Source: an uncultured Candidatus Saccharibacteria bacterium (GTDB lineage: Bacteria; Patescibacteriota; Minisyncoccia; Phycocordibacterales; DAORIS01). From it: a stretch of 64,000 bases of DNA. A program made the position numbers and the translations under genes. The notes beneath the pieces were generated by a model that saw only the letters and a list, made by a program, of their open reading frames with translations, did no database searches and was not told the DNA's origin. The stretch lies in contig CAZXUH010000002.1 in NCBI GenBank assembly GCA_964644035.1, positions 104,881-168,880 of the forward strand. Direction: 5' to 3'. Within the stretch, counting starts at the first letter, position 1. The number at the start of each line of letters is the position of its first letter. Of this stretch, positions 48,329-58,316 are shown piece by piece.

Positions 48329-49972
48329 ATGCTCAATTTCTTTTCTTCACCAACATACAATAAGATTTTCAAGATTTGTTTTGTGCTCTATATATTGTTT
48401 GCCGCATTGCTCATAGCCCGTTCGTCTTCTGTTGGTATCGATGGTCAGAGGCATTTTGTGCTTTTCGATGATGCAATGATCTCTATGCGTTATGCCGACA
48501 ACCTCGCTCATGGCAATGGCTTGGTTTGGAATATTGGCGAGAAGGTAGAAGGCTTCACCAATCCGCTCATGGTATTTATTATGTCTGTTGCTATTGTGAT
48601 ATTTGGGAATAATTACTCAATGCTGTTTATCCAACTCCTCGGTCTTGCATGTCTTGCAACAAATATATTTTTGGCCCACAAGATTATTTCTCGACTTCTA
48701 CATTCAGACGAGCAAAAAGACTTTCTGAAGTTTATTGGATTGCTTCTAGTGATGGTATGGTATCCGGTTATGTACTGGTCAGTATTTGGAATGGAGACAG
48801 GGTATCTCACTACATTACTGCTCTATATTTTCTATCTTTCTATATATAAAGATACGCAGAATAAAATCAGTATTGTTGTTCCGATCTTGCTTTCACTCGT
48901 CTATCTTTCTCGTCCTGAGGGAATTTTGTTTATTGGTATTTTCCTTCTATTTAGATTGATACAGCGCTGGCCGATAAAGAAAAACATGTTGCCTGTTGTT
49001 GTCGAGGGACTCATTGCTGCAGTGCCTATTGTTGGCTATCAAATATTTAGAGTTATGTATTATGGTCAGAGGTATCCCAATACATATATTCTCAAAGTCA
49101 CAGGTATGTCGATCGACGACCGTCTCAAAAATGGTTTTGGTTTCTATCAGCCATTCATCGACAGAGTAGAGATATTTATTGGCGCTGTCGTTATTTTCTT
49201 TTTTATCTATGCCTGGAAGAGCGGCATCCCAGTAAAAGAAAAAGTAAAGAATATTTTTGTCGGTTCATATCGCTATGTGACTATGTCTGTTCTTTTGTTC
49301 ATGACATATAGCGCATATCAGATTTGGGTTGGGGGAGATCCGTGGCCACCATTTTGGCGCATGACCGTCCCATATACTGTTCTCTTTTTCTTAGCTTTTG
49401 TCGTAGTGCTCGATGAATTGAGAAAACTCTTTACTATCAAAGCAGATATGTTCAAGGCTCTCGTAAGTATCATTGTCTTTGGTTTCCTTATGTTCATTCC
49501 ATACGACTATCATTTTGATTTCATGAGGCTTGAGCCATATCAGACTAGAAACAATGCAGAAAATATCAATATTGCTTTGGCGATCAAAGAAGTGACCGAT
49601 AGCAAAGCAACAGTAGCATCGTTTTGGGCTGGCACGATCCCATATCTTAGTGAACGCATGTCATTTGATCCACTTGGAAAGACCGATGCGTATATTGCTA
49701 CATTGTCGCCAGATGTTTCAGGTGCGGTGGCCAATCCAAACCGCGGACTCTACAGCATGCCAGGGCACAACAAATACGATCTCAACTATACGTTTGTAGA
49801 AAAGAAGCCAGATGTAATCATTTATATGGATGTTAATGGACACTACTGTGCGTGGGGTAAACAAAATCTCGAAGAATGGTGTAAGCGCAATTATTCTCTT
49901 ATCACGCACAAGGGAATACGATTGCTTGTGAAGAAAAACTCAAGTCACGTTTTGTGGGATAATATTAAATAA
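48329..49972 (+). CDS. GT-C polytopic glycosyltransferase (AftB-like pentosyltransferase)
   Basis: DDAMISMRYADNLAHGNGLVWN.GEKVEGFTNP, GMETG, SRPEG, PNTY; ~12 TMs. Confidence 0.78.
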   Translation: MLNFFSSPTYNKIFKICFVLYILFAALLIARSSSVGIDGQRHFVLFDDAMISMRYADNLAHGNGLVWNIGEKVEGFTNPLMVFIMSVAIVIFGNNYSMLFIQLLGLACLATNIFLAHKIISRLLHSDEQKDFLKFIGLLLVMVWYPVMYWSVFGMETGYLTTLLLYIFYLSIYKDTQNKISIVVPILLSLVYLSRPEGILFIGIFLLFRLIQRWPIKKNMLPVVVEGLIAAVPIVGYQIFRVMYYGQRYPNTYILKVTGMSIDDRLKNGFGFYQPFIDRVEIFIGAVVIFFFIYAWKSGIPVKEKVKNIFVGSYRYVTMSVLLFMTYSAYQIWVGGDPWPPFWRMTVPYTVLFFLAFVVVLDELRKLFTIKADMFKALVSIIVFGFLMFIPYDYHFDFMRLEPYQTRNNAENINIALAIKEVTDSKATVASFWAGTIPYLSERMSFDPLGKTDAYIATLSPDVSGAVANPNRGLYSMPGHNKYDLNYTFVEKKPDVIIYMDVNGHYCAWGKQNLEEWCKRNYSLITHKGIRLLVKKNSSHVLWDNIK

Positions 49973-49973
49973 C

Positions 49974-50333
49974 ATGGCAACCATATATCTCATCGCAGCA
50001 TTTCTGCTCAATGGTACGGCAAATATTCTACTTAAGATCGGATCGAAAAAGGGAATAGTGTTTGATGGTGTGAGTCTGCAAACCATCACTGCCAATTATC
50101 TTTTTATTTTGGGACTCATATGTTTTGCACTCAATGCACTGTTTTATTTTCTTGCGCTTAAAGCTTTGCCTCTGACAGTTGCATATCCGGTTATGATCGG
50201 CATGAGCTTGATCATTATCAATGCCTTCGCGCTTATCTATCTCAATGAAAGTATCAACTTCATGCAGATGATCGGGTATGGGTTGTTGGTCATTGGGGTT
50301 GGATTTATTTTTTATTTTTCATCAGCACGATAA
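49974..50333 (+). CDS. SMR/EamA small membrane protein (ArnE/F-like lipid-sugar flippase candidate)
   Basis: 119 aa, 4 TMs, ANILLK and LPLTVAYP motifs. Confidence 0.78.
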   Translation: MATIYLIAAFLLNGTANILLKIGSKKGIVFDGVSLQTITANYLFILGLICFALNALFYFLALKALPLTVAYPVMIGMSLIIINAFALIYLNESINFMQMIGYGLLVIGVGFIFYFSSAR

Positions 50334-50800
50334 TGCGTACATATTTTGAAAATCTCAATATCGATGGTTGGTCAGGACAGACAGTGCTTGTCGATATCGA
50401 TGGCACACTGACCGTCGATGGTAGTGCTGAAGTCAGTCAGCAAGCAGTCGCTCAAATGAAACGCATTCTTAGTGCCAATACAGTATTTCTCACTTCCAAT
50501 AAAAGAAAACCTGAGCGCAATTATCAAGTAGCTCAAATGCTCAATGTGCCGTTTATCGACAGTCCATTTAAAAAGCCAAACAAAAAAGTTATTGAACGTT
50601 TCTCACACCTCTTTAAACAAAATGTTTTGGTGATTGGAGACAAGTTTTTGACCGACGGTCTATTTGCTAAAAACATAGGTGCACGGTTTATCAAAATCAG
50701 ACGTCTGACTTCCAAAAGTGACAGTGTGAAGACCAAAATTACCTATTTTGTAGATGATGTTGTTTCAGCCCTTTTAAGTCCCTTTTTCAGGTCATTTTAG
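50333..50800 (+). CDS. HAD-IIIA family phosphatase (YqeG-like)
   Basis: DIDGTL, LTSN, KKP, VIGDKFLTD motifs. Confidence 0.88.
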   Translation: MRTYFENLNIDGWSGQTVLVDIDGTLTVDGSAEVSQQAVAQMKRILSANTVFLTSNKRKPERNYQVAQMLNVPFIDSPFKKPNKKVIERFSHLFKQNVLVIGDKFLTDGLFAKNIGARFIKIRRLTSKSDSVKTKITYFVDDVVSALLSPFFRSF

Positions 50801-50839
50801 GCCTTTGTATAGGCCAATATAAGCCTCTATCCCTATCGC

Positions 50840-50869
50840 TTGACGCTCTGGGGGGTCTTGGTATATACT
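50840..50869 (+). promoter_or_regulatory. Promoter of the stand-alone 23S-5S rRNA unit
   Basis: TTGACG followed by TGgTATATACT; boxA-like ggtctttgacaac at 51001-51013. Confidence 0.7.
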
Positions 50870-51741
50870 GTCTTTCACTTGAATATGTTGAACACAAATA
50901 GCCAAAGATTGAAGCGGTCCTAAGACTCCGGTCTTAGCTTTTGCAAAAAAGCCGCTTCAAAAAGCGGTTTTTTTGTTCAAAGAATGTTCAAGTAAGACAT
51001 GGTCTTTGACAACTGAATCCTGCGACAATACTCAAACTCAAAATTTGAAATGGTGTCGAACACCGTATTGGACGCAGATTGAATTGATTGTAGGTAATTG
51101 AAGTTATATAAAATTTTCTCCTTGTCAGGCTAGTAACTTGGCGAGGGGGTCTTTCATTTTATGTAACAGGATAAAGTAGAATATAAGATTGTGGTTCTTA
51201 CATTTCCTAATAAGGAAATTAAGGGCATATGGTGGATGCCTTGACTCTACATGGCGATGAAGGACGCAGCATGGCGGCGATACGCTTCGGGGAGGTGCCT
51301 AGCAACCTTTGATCCGAAGATGTCCGAATGGGGTAACCCCTCTGTTAATCAGAGACGTACGCACATTAGCGTACGTGCATACCCAGGGAAGTAAAACATT
51401 TCAGTACCTGGAGGAATAGAAACCAATTGGTATTTCCTTAGTAGCGGCGAGCGAAAAGGAAGAAGCTCAAACTCAGCTCTCAACTTTGTTATTGGAGATT
51501 TATTTTTCCAATTCAAAGTTGATAGCTGGGGGTTGTAAGGTAGCAGCGTGATTTTTAAAATCAGAAAAGTTACAAAACAAATTGTTAGAAGAACAACCTG
51601 GAAAGGTTGACCATAGTGGGTAATAGTCCCGTATTTGAAAATAATTTGTCTTTTCAGTTGTTATTCTTGAGTACTTCGAGACACGAGTGGCTCGGAGGAA
51701 TCTGCCGGAACTAACCGGTAAAGCTAAATACATGTAGAGAT

Positions 51742-51778
<37 letters not shown>

Positions 51779-52353
51779 AAGCCCGGAAGGGCAGTGAAAT
51801 AGAACTGAAACCATATGTCTACAAGGAGTCGATGCGGGTATTTATATCCGCTACGGCGTGCCTATTGAAGAATGAGCCAACGAGTTGATGCATAGTGTAC
51901 GCTAAGGGCGAGAGCCTGGAGCGATAGGGAAACCGAGTGTTAATAGCGCGCCTATACTATTCATCAGACCCGAAACCAGAGCGAGCTAATTATGAGCAGG
52001 GTGAACTTCAGAGAAATCTGGAGGGAGGCCCGAACGGTTGAGCCGTGCAATACTCTCCGATGACTTGTGATTAGAAGTGAAAAGCTAACCGAGCCTGGTA
52101 ATAGCTGGTTCTCTCCGAAATAGCTTTTGGGCTAGCGTCATGTGTTCCCCTCGGGGGTAGAGCACTGGAAGGTCTCGACAGGGAGAAATCTCGCGAGACC
52201 TATCAAACTCCGAATACCGAGGATTAAAAGCGTGGCAGTTAGACTGTGGGGGCTAAGCTCCATTGGTCAAAAGGGAAACAGCCCGGATCTCAATTTAAGG
52301 TCCCTAAATCTATGCTAAGTGCACTTAAGGTAGTGTTTCGTCTATGACACTGA

Positions 52354-52385
<32 letters not shown>

Positions 52386-53189
52386 GAAAGCGTAACAGCT
52401 CACTCAGTAAGACGCGATGCGCCGAAGATAATCGGGGCTAAGCATAGTACCGAAACTGAGGATTGTACATTTTTTCGAATTTGTACACTGGTAGGAGAGT
52501 TTTCTTGTCTGCGATGAAGGCAAAGGGGTGACCCATGCTGGAGCGTCAAGAAGTAAGAATGTTGGCACAAGTAACCACAAGGTTTGTGAAAACCAAACCC
52601 GCCGAAAGAACAAGGTTTCCTTCGCGATGACAATCAGCGAAGGGTAAGTCGGGCCTAAGGCAATGACGAGAGTCGCAGCCGATGGACACACGGTTAATAT
52701 TCCGTGACTTTTATTGCAAGTGATGGGAGGACGGAGTGTAGTATGTATCGCGCATTATTGGATTTGACGTTCGTGTTCTGAGTGTGGCTTCCTGGCAAAT
52801 CCGGAAGCGGCCGCAAGGCGCACACAAGGAAAGCGAAAATGCTCAGGGCTTGCTCTGAGTAAATGATACAAAGCACGCTTCCAAGAAAAGTCTCTAAACT
52901 TATTGTAATGAAAACCGTACCGCAAACCGACACAGGTGTTCAGCTCGAGTAGAGCAAGGCGAACGGGTGAGGGGTCTCCAAGGAACTCGGCAAAAAAGCA
53001 GCCGTAACTTCGGAATAAGGCTTGCCTTCAGCAATGAAGGCCGCAGCTAAAGTATGCTTGGCAACTGTTTATCAAAAACACAGCTCCCTGCGAACTCGCA
53101 AGAGGATGTATAGGGGGTGACACTTGACCAATGCCAGAAGGTCAAACGTTGGCGGTGAGATTATATCAAGCTGACTGATGTAAGCCCTG

Positions 53190-53224
<35 letters not shown>

Positions 53225-53536
53225 TCTCTGTTGATACAGGTGTAAATATCTGGATGAACAGAGAAGGATTGGGGCTGTTATATGTTTGTGAATTGATAAC
53301 AAAAGGAGCCGTAATATGTCATAGAAAGAGGAATTAATTAAAAACGCTACCCTTCATGAGTGATCATGAAGTCCAAAACTGACTGTATGTGTACAATCTA
53401 CTTAAGATTGCTACGCAGGAAAGACTCGAATATTCGAAAGAATGATCGAGAATCCCCAGAGACCAGACGTCAGGCTAGATCGCAAGGTCTAGTAAGAAAG
53501 AGTCCATACTCAATAGCAATATTGAGCTTATAATAG
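53225..53536 (+). mobile_element. Group I intron at 23S position 1931 (E. coli numbering), 312 nt, no homing endonuclease ORF
   Basis: Interrupts cctaaggt^agcgaaattcc; exon ends in U, intron ends in G; P3 ctgac/gtcag, P8 and P9 GNRA hairpins visible. Confidence 0.9.
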
Positions 53537-54199
53537 AGCGAAATTCCTTGTCAGGTAAGTTCTGACGCGCACGAATAGTGTAATGACTGAGCAACTGTCT
53601 CGGAGACTCGCCCGGTGAAAATACAATACCGGTGAAGATGCCGGTTACCTGCAGATAGACGAAAAGACCCTAGAAGCTTTACTACAACTTGGTATTGAGC
53701 GTATGTTTTTACTGCGTAGCATAGAGGTGAGACTTTGAAGTTTCGTTTTCGGATGAAATGGAGTCGTCAGTGAAATAGCCTTCTGTCAAAATATACGTTC
53801 TAACCTCGAGGGAAAAAACCGCGAGAGACAGTATCTGGTGGGTAGTTTTAGTGGGGCGCTATCCTCCTAAAAAGTAACGGAGGAGTTTATTAAGGTCAGC
53901 TAACCGCGAATGGAAACCGTGGTAATAGTGTAATGGCACAAGCTGGCTTAACTGTAAGACGTACTTGTCGAGCAGATGCGAAAGCAGAACATAGTGAACC
54001 GACCATACGCGTTAGATGCGGTGGAAGATTATCGGACAAAAGCTACTCTAGGGATAACAGGCTGGTACTGCCTAAGAGTCCATATCGACGGCAGTGTTCG
54101 GCACCTCGATGTCGGCTCATCTTATCCTGGGGGCGGAGAAGCTCCCAAGGGTTTGGCTGTTCGCCAATTAAAAAGATACGCGAGCTGGGTTCAGACCGT

Positions 54200-54649
54200 T
54201 AAGGAGCTATTTAGATTGCTTCTTAAAAACAGTATTTTCGAAATGCACGCATAATTTTCTGTTGAAAATTTGCTCCTGCTCGGCCTCACGGCCTGTGCAA
54301 GGCATTTCTCAAACATGTTTTTAAGTTGTATAAATAGCGGCTCTTTAACAGTCTGAATCCCGAGGAAACTTTCACTAAACGTATTTCATGCATATTCATT
54401 TATGCGAGTACGTGATACCCAGAAGAAAGTCTGTTACTAACCATATTCACGGCGGTTATTCGAAGTAATTCGTATAACTCAAAACACAACTAATATCGGT
54501 AAAACCCGGGAGGGCAATACCGAGAGAACTCACAAATTTATTTTGTGAGGCTCGTAGAGACTAAACGTTGTGCTCCTCTGATTTCTATTAATATGAAGTT
54601 TGAGGATGAAGCTATAGTCCAATGCCCGGAGCAATCTGGGAAAAACATG
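54200..54649 (+). mobile_element. Group I intron at 23S position 2593, 450 nt, no homing endonuclease ORF
   Basis: Interrupts cagaccgt^cgtgagacag; terminal G; P7 gagacta(54557)/tagtcc(54615), P3 cacaac/gttgtg, IGS tcacggcggtt(54447-54457). Confidence 0.93.
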
Positions 54650-55043
54650 CGTGAGACAGGTTGGTCTCCTATCTACTGCAGGCGTTGATTCTTGAGGAGA
54701 TTTGTCTTTAGTACGAGAGGACCGAGATGAACTGACCTCTGGTCTGGGAGCTCTGCCGCCAGGTGGACCGCTCCGTAGCTATGTCAGGCACAGATAACCT
54801 CTGAATGCATCTAAGAGGGAAGCTGTCTCCAAGATGAGGAATCGTTTAGACTCCTGAGAGATGATCAGGTTGATAGGCACTAGGTGTACGCATAGTAATA
54901 TGTTGAGCCGAGGTGTACTAATAAGTCGATTCTTATTAGGAAATGTGTGAATTACATCTTACGTTAGAACTTTATCCTGTTACATGGAATGAAATTCCAT
55001 GAGAGACAGTATTTACAATCAATTTAGTATTTGAATTTTCTGT

Positions 55044-55152
55044 TCTGGTGGTTTGTCGCGGGGGTCACACCTGATCTCATTCCGAACTCAGAAGTTAAGC
55101 CCCGTTGAGGCGATGATATCCTTATGGAGGGGAAAGTAGCTAGCCGCCGGTA
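55044..55152 (+). rRNA. rrf: 5S rRNA
   Basis: cacacctgatctcattccgaactcagaagttaagc core; terminal stem ctggtgg/ccgccgg. Confidence 0.95.
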
Positions 55153-55223
55153 CAGAGTATTCAAATTTGCGAAGAAACTAGAGCTTGCCAATAGGTACAG
55201 AGAATTTAAATGAAATTATAGAC

Positions 55224-55248
55224 AAAACCATCCGAAAGGGTGGTTTTT
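55224..55248 (+). terminator. rRNA operon terminator
   Basis: aaaaccatcc-gaaa-gggtggttttt. Confidence 0.85.
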
Positions 55249-55269
55249 GTTTTGTGTTACAATAATGCC

Positions 55270-56637
55270 ATGAATTGGGCGACGCGCAGAAAGCTGTTTT
55301 ATCTCGGTATTTTCTTTATCCTATTTTTTGGCCTTGTAGCTGGAGCTTATTTTGCTTTTTTTAGACAAACCGCAAACTGTTTTGATGGTAAGCAAAATGG
55401 CTTAGAAACGGGACTCGACTGTGGTGGAGCTTGCACCCGACTATGTCCATTGGAAAATCTCGATCCAATTGTCGAATGGTCACGAGCATTTGAACTCAAT
55501 GCCACGACGCATAGCTTGGTGGCTTATGTAGAAAATCCAAATATAAATGCCGGAGTTTCATATGCACCGTATACTTTTGTGGTCTTCGATGCTCAGAATA
55601 AAGAAATATTTAAAAAGGAAGGCGCGACGATCATTCCTCCAGGAAAGCGTTTTGCTGTATTTGAAGGTCCGGTGAGTATTGAAGGAACACCAAGCAAGGT
55701 AGAATTTTCTTTTGGTTCACTAGTCTGGGATAAAATGGATCGCAACGATCTCGCCATCAAAACATCGCAGATACGCATGACTCGTGATGTACCCACGCCT
55801 CGTGTCGATGCGACGATCTCCAATGAATCTCTCAATGAAGCAGGCAATATAGAAGCTGTAGCGATCGTCTACGACGAAACAGGCAATGCTATTGCTGCAT
55901 CTCGAACACTCGTTGATACGGTGGCCAAAGAAGGTTCACAAGGAATTGTATTTACATGGCCAAAGCCTTTTAAAGAACAATATGCTCGATGCGAAGTGCC
56001 AAGCAATGTAGGCCTAGTTATCGATCGCTCAGGCAGCATGGCAAGCGATTCGGCCAACCCGCCAGAACCTCTAACGTCAGTCAAAAATGCAGCCAAGACA
56101 TTTGCAACCGGAATAGGTAAGGGTATTGATGTCTCCCTTGTGTCTTTTGCTGGTACTGCTTCTAATCCTGCTGATTTGCAGCTGACTGCATCAAGAGAGC
56201 GACTCACAGCTGCAATAGATGCTATCAATATCGGCATGACTGGTATACAAGAGACCAATATTGCCGATGCGCTCGATGCTGGTCAGAAAACTCTTATGAA
56301 CAGTGCCTCTACTACTGTCACTAGAAAAGTAATTATTCTTCTTACCGACGGTGAGCCTACTCTGCCAAAAAGTGCTAAAGAAAAAGACTACCCAGCTCTT
56401 ATGGCAAGTCAAAAAGCTCTTGAACTCAAGAACAATGGCATAGAAATATACTCAATCGGTCTTGGAAACAAGCTCAATGAACAGCTGCTTCTTGATATTG
56501 CCACAGACCCTGATCACTATTTCAAAGCACCGACCAAGACTGATGTCGGAGCAATCTATTCTCGTATCGCCACAAGTCTTTGTGTAAAGCATCCAATCAT
56601 CGAAATAATTACCCGCGTTTTCCCGACGAATAACTAA
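55270..56637 (+). CDS. Membrane-anchored vWA-domain protein with Cys-rich stalk
   Basis: TM; CFDGKQNGLETGLDCGGAC; MIDAS DRSGS...T...LLTDG. Confidence 0.88.
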   Translation: MNWATRRKLFYLGIFFILFFGLVAGAYFAFFRQTANCFDGKQNGLETGLDCGGACTRLCPLENLDPIVEWSRAFELNATTHSLVAYVENPNINAGVSYAPYTFVVFDAQNKEIFKKEGATIIPPGKRFAVFEGPVSIEGTPSKVEFSFGSLVWDKMDRNDLAIKTSQIRMTRDVPTPRVDATISNESLNEAGNIEAVAIVYDETGNAIAASRTLVDTVAKEGSQGIVFTWPKPFKEQYARCEVPSNVGLVIDRSGSMASDSANPPEPLTSVKNAAKTFATGIGKGIDVSLVSFAGTASNPADLQLTASRERLTAAIDAINIGMTGIQETNIADALDAGQKTLMNSASTTVTRKVIILLTDGEPTLPKSAKEKDYPALMASQKALELKNNGIEIYSIGLGNKLNEQLLLDIATDPDHYFKAPTKTDVGAIYSRIATSLCVKHPIIEIITRVFPTNN

Positions 56638-56638
56638 T

Positions 56639-57811
56639 ATGTTTTCAATTTTCGGAAAGAAATCCCATACCGACTGGATTTTACTCGTCTCTGCAATGCT
56701 GATCACACTTGCTGGAGCGGTGACGATGTATTCGTTTAGAGATAGCGGTACAGCAGCGTGGTATGACGGTGGAATATTTTTCAATAGACAACTTCTTTAT
56801 CTAGCAGTGTCATTTATCGTGGCTATTGTATTTGCTTCGATCGATTTTAGATTTATGCGTAATACAAGTGTGGTCGTCTCGCTATTTACAGGTTCGCTCT
56901 TCTTTCTCGGACTTTTGTTTGTGCTCGGTCATGTGGCCAAGGGTGCACAAAGCTGGTTTCGCATCGGTGGATTTTCATTTCAACCTGTTGATCTAGCAAA
57001 GATTGCTCTGATCATTCTGTTGGCGAAATACTTCAGTCGTAGGCATATTGAGATCAGAAATATCCGTCATATTATCGTGTCGGGTGTATATGCAAGTGCA
57101 GTCTTCTTTCTCGTCTTGCTTCAGCCCGATTTCGGATCGGCCGTCATTATATTCCTTGTTTGGTTTGGTATGGTGCTTGTGTCAGGTATTTCATACAAAC
57201 ATATATTACTTGTAGTAAGTATCGGTGTTATTTCAAGTCTGGTGTTGTGGGGTTTTGTATTTAAAGATTATCAGAAAGCCAGAATCAGAACCTTCGTCAA
57301 TCCGCTCACAGATATACGTGGCGCAGGCTACAATGCCTATCAATCCATGATCGCTGTCGGATCTGGGCAAATGCTTGGAAAGGGTATTGGTTATGGTACT
57401 CAATCGAGACTACGATTCTTACCTGAATATCAGACCGACTTTATATTTGCAGCGTTTGCTGAAGAGTGGGGATTTATAGGTGCTTTTATTTTGCTTGGTT
57501 TGTATGCGACGCTCTTGTGGCGCATTTTCCATCATTCTATACGAGGGGAAAGTAACTTCGAAATTCTTTTCGGATTTGGTATCGGTATTTTGTTTTTAGT
57601 GCTTGCTTCGGTCAATGTTGGTATGAATATTGGCGTTTTACCTGTGACCGGCGTACCACTACCCTTTATGAGTTATGGAGGTAGTCATTTACTTACAGAA
57701 TATATTGCACTCGGTCTGCTTATGGGTATGAGCTCATATGCTCGACCCACTCATCGAAGTGTCCTTAAAAGAGAAATAGAGAGTGTTACTCCTACTAATA
57801 TTACCAAGTAG
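56639..57811 (+). CDS. rodA: SEDS peptidoglycan polymerase, RodA type
   Basis: GAQSW, LQPDFGS, GYNAYQSMIAVGSG, PEYQTDFIF, GVPLPFMSYGGS. Confidence 0.92.
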   Translation: MFSIFGKKSHTDWILLVSAMLITLAGAVTMYSFRDSGTAAWYDGGIFFNRQLLYLAVSFIVAIVFASIDFRFMRNTSVVVSLFTGSLFFLGLLFVLGHVAKGAQSWFRIGGFSFQPVDLAKIALIILLAKYFSRRHIEIRNIRHIIVSGVYASAVFFLVLLQPDFGSAVIIFLVWFGMVLVSGISYKHILLVVSIGVISSLVLWGFVFKDYQKARIRTFVNPLTDIRGAGYNAYQSMIAVGSGQMLGKGIGYGTQSRLRFLPEYQTDFIFAAFAEEWGFIGAFILLGLYATLLWRIFHHSIRGESNFEILFGFGIGILFLVLASVNVGMNIGVLPVTGVPLPFMSYGGSHLLTEYIALGLLMGMSSYARPTHRSVLKREIESVTPTNITK

Positions 57812-58316
57812 AAGCTCCTGAAGTGTAGACTGCAATGCTCTGATCAGATGTAGATGGTCGATCAAATGGATGTGCTGGACTGTTTGGATCAAAGTTTTCT
57901 GCGCCATTGTATGCTGCAAGCATGTATTCAGATCCGTCTGATCGATAAATATAGCAGCGTGTACCGGCGCCAGGTAGAGGGTCTTCAGAAAGAGTAGAAA
58001 TATATGTTGGTACTACGCCTGGTATGTAGCCCGTTGGTCCGTATCCTTGTGCTGGTACAGCAGCTCCTGCGCATGTACCTGCTCCAGCTCTAAACTGGCC
58101 CGATGTATTTGGGAATGACCCGTATTCATTTCTATAGAGTTCAATTGCTTTTTGCATTTCACGAAGGTCGCGCATGCGCTCTGTGTCGCGGGCTTTCTTT
58201 TTGGTGCCGACTGTCTGAGCAAAAATAATTGATGCCAAGAAGGTGATAATCGAGACGACAACCATCAATTCTATTAGGGTAAAGCCTTTGCGTGTCTTAG
58301 CGGTGAGGATTTTCAT
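57801..58316 (-). CDS. Type IV pilin / GspG-like pseudopilin
   Basis: RKG|FTLIELMVVVSII prepilin cleavage site, ARDTER..DL...A.ELY, Cys pair. Confidence 0.92.
   Translation of the reverse strand: MKILTAKTRKGFTLIELMVVVSIITFLASIIFAQTVGTKKKARDTERMRDLREMQKAIELYRNEYGSFPNTSGQFRAGAGTCAGAAVPAQGYGPTGYIPGVVPTYISTLSEDPLPGAGTRCYIYRSDGSEYMLAAYNGAENFDPNSPAHPFDRPSTSDQSIAVYTSGASTW

Noticed and set aside
50915-50924. 10-nt match cggtcctaag between the rRNA leader and the exon beside the L1931 intron
   Set aside because: A 10-mer match between a ~130-nt leader and a 3.7-kb gene is plausible by chance.
51020-51200. Possible tRNA or 16S remnant upstream of the 23S
   Set aside because: Only simple hairpins and the processing-stem arm are present. 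There is no cloverleaf with a T-loop and no recognisable 16S 3' end.
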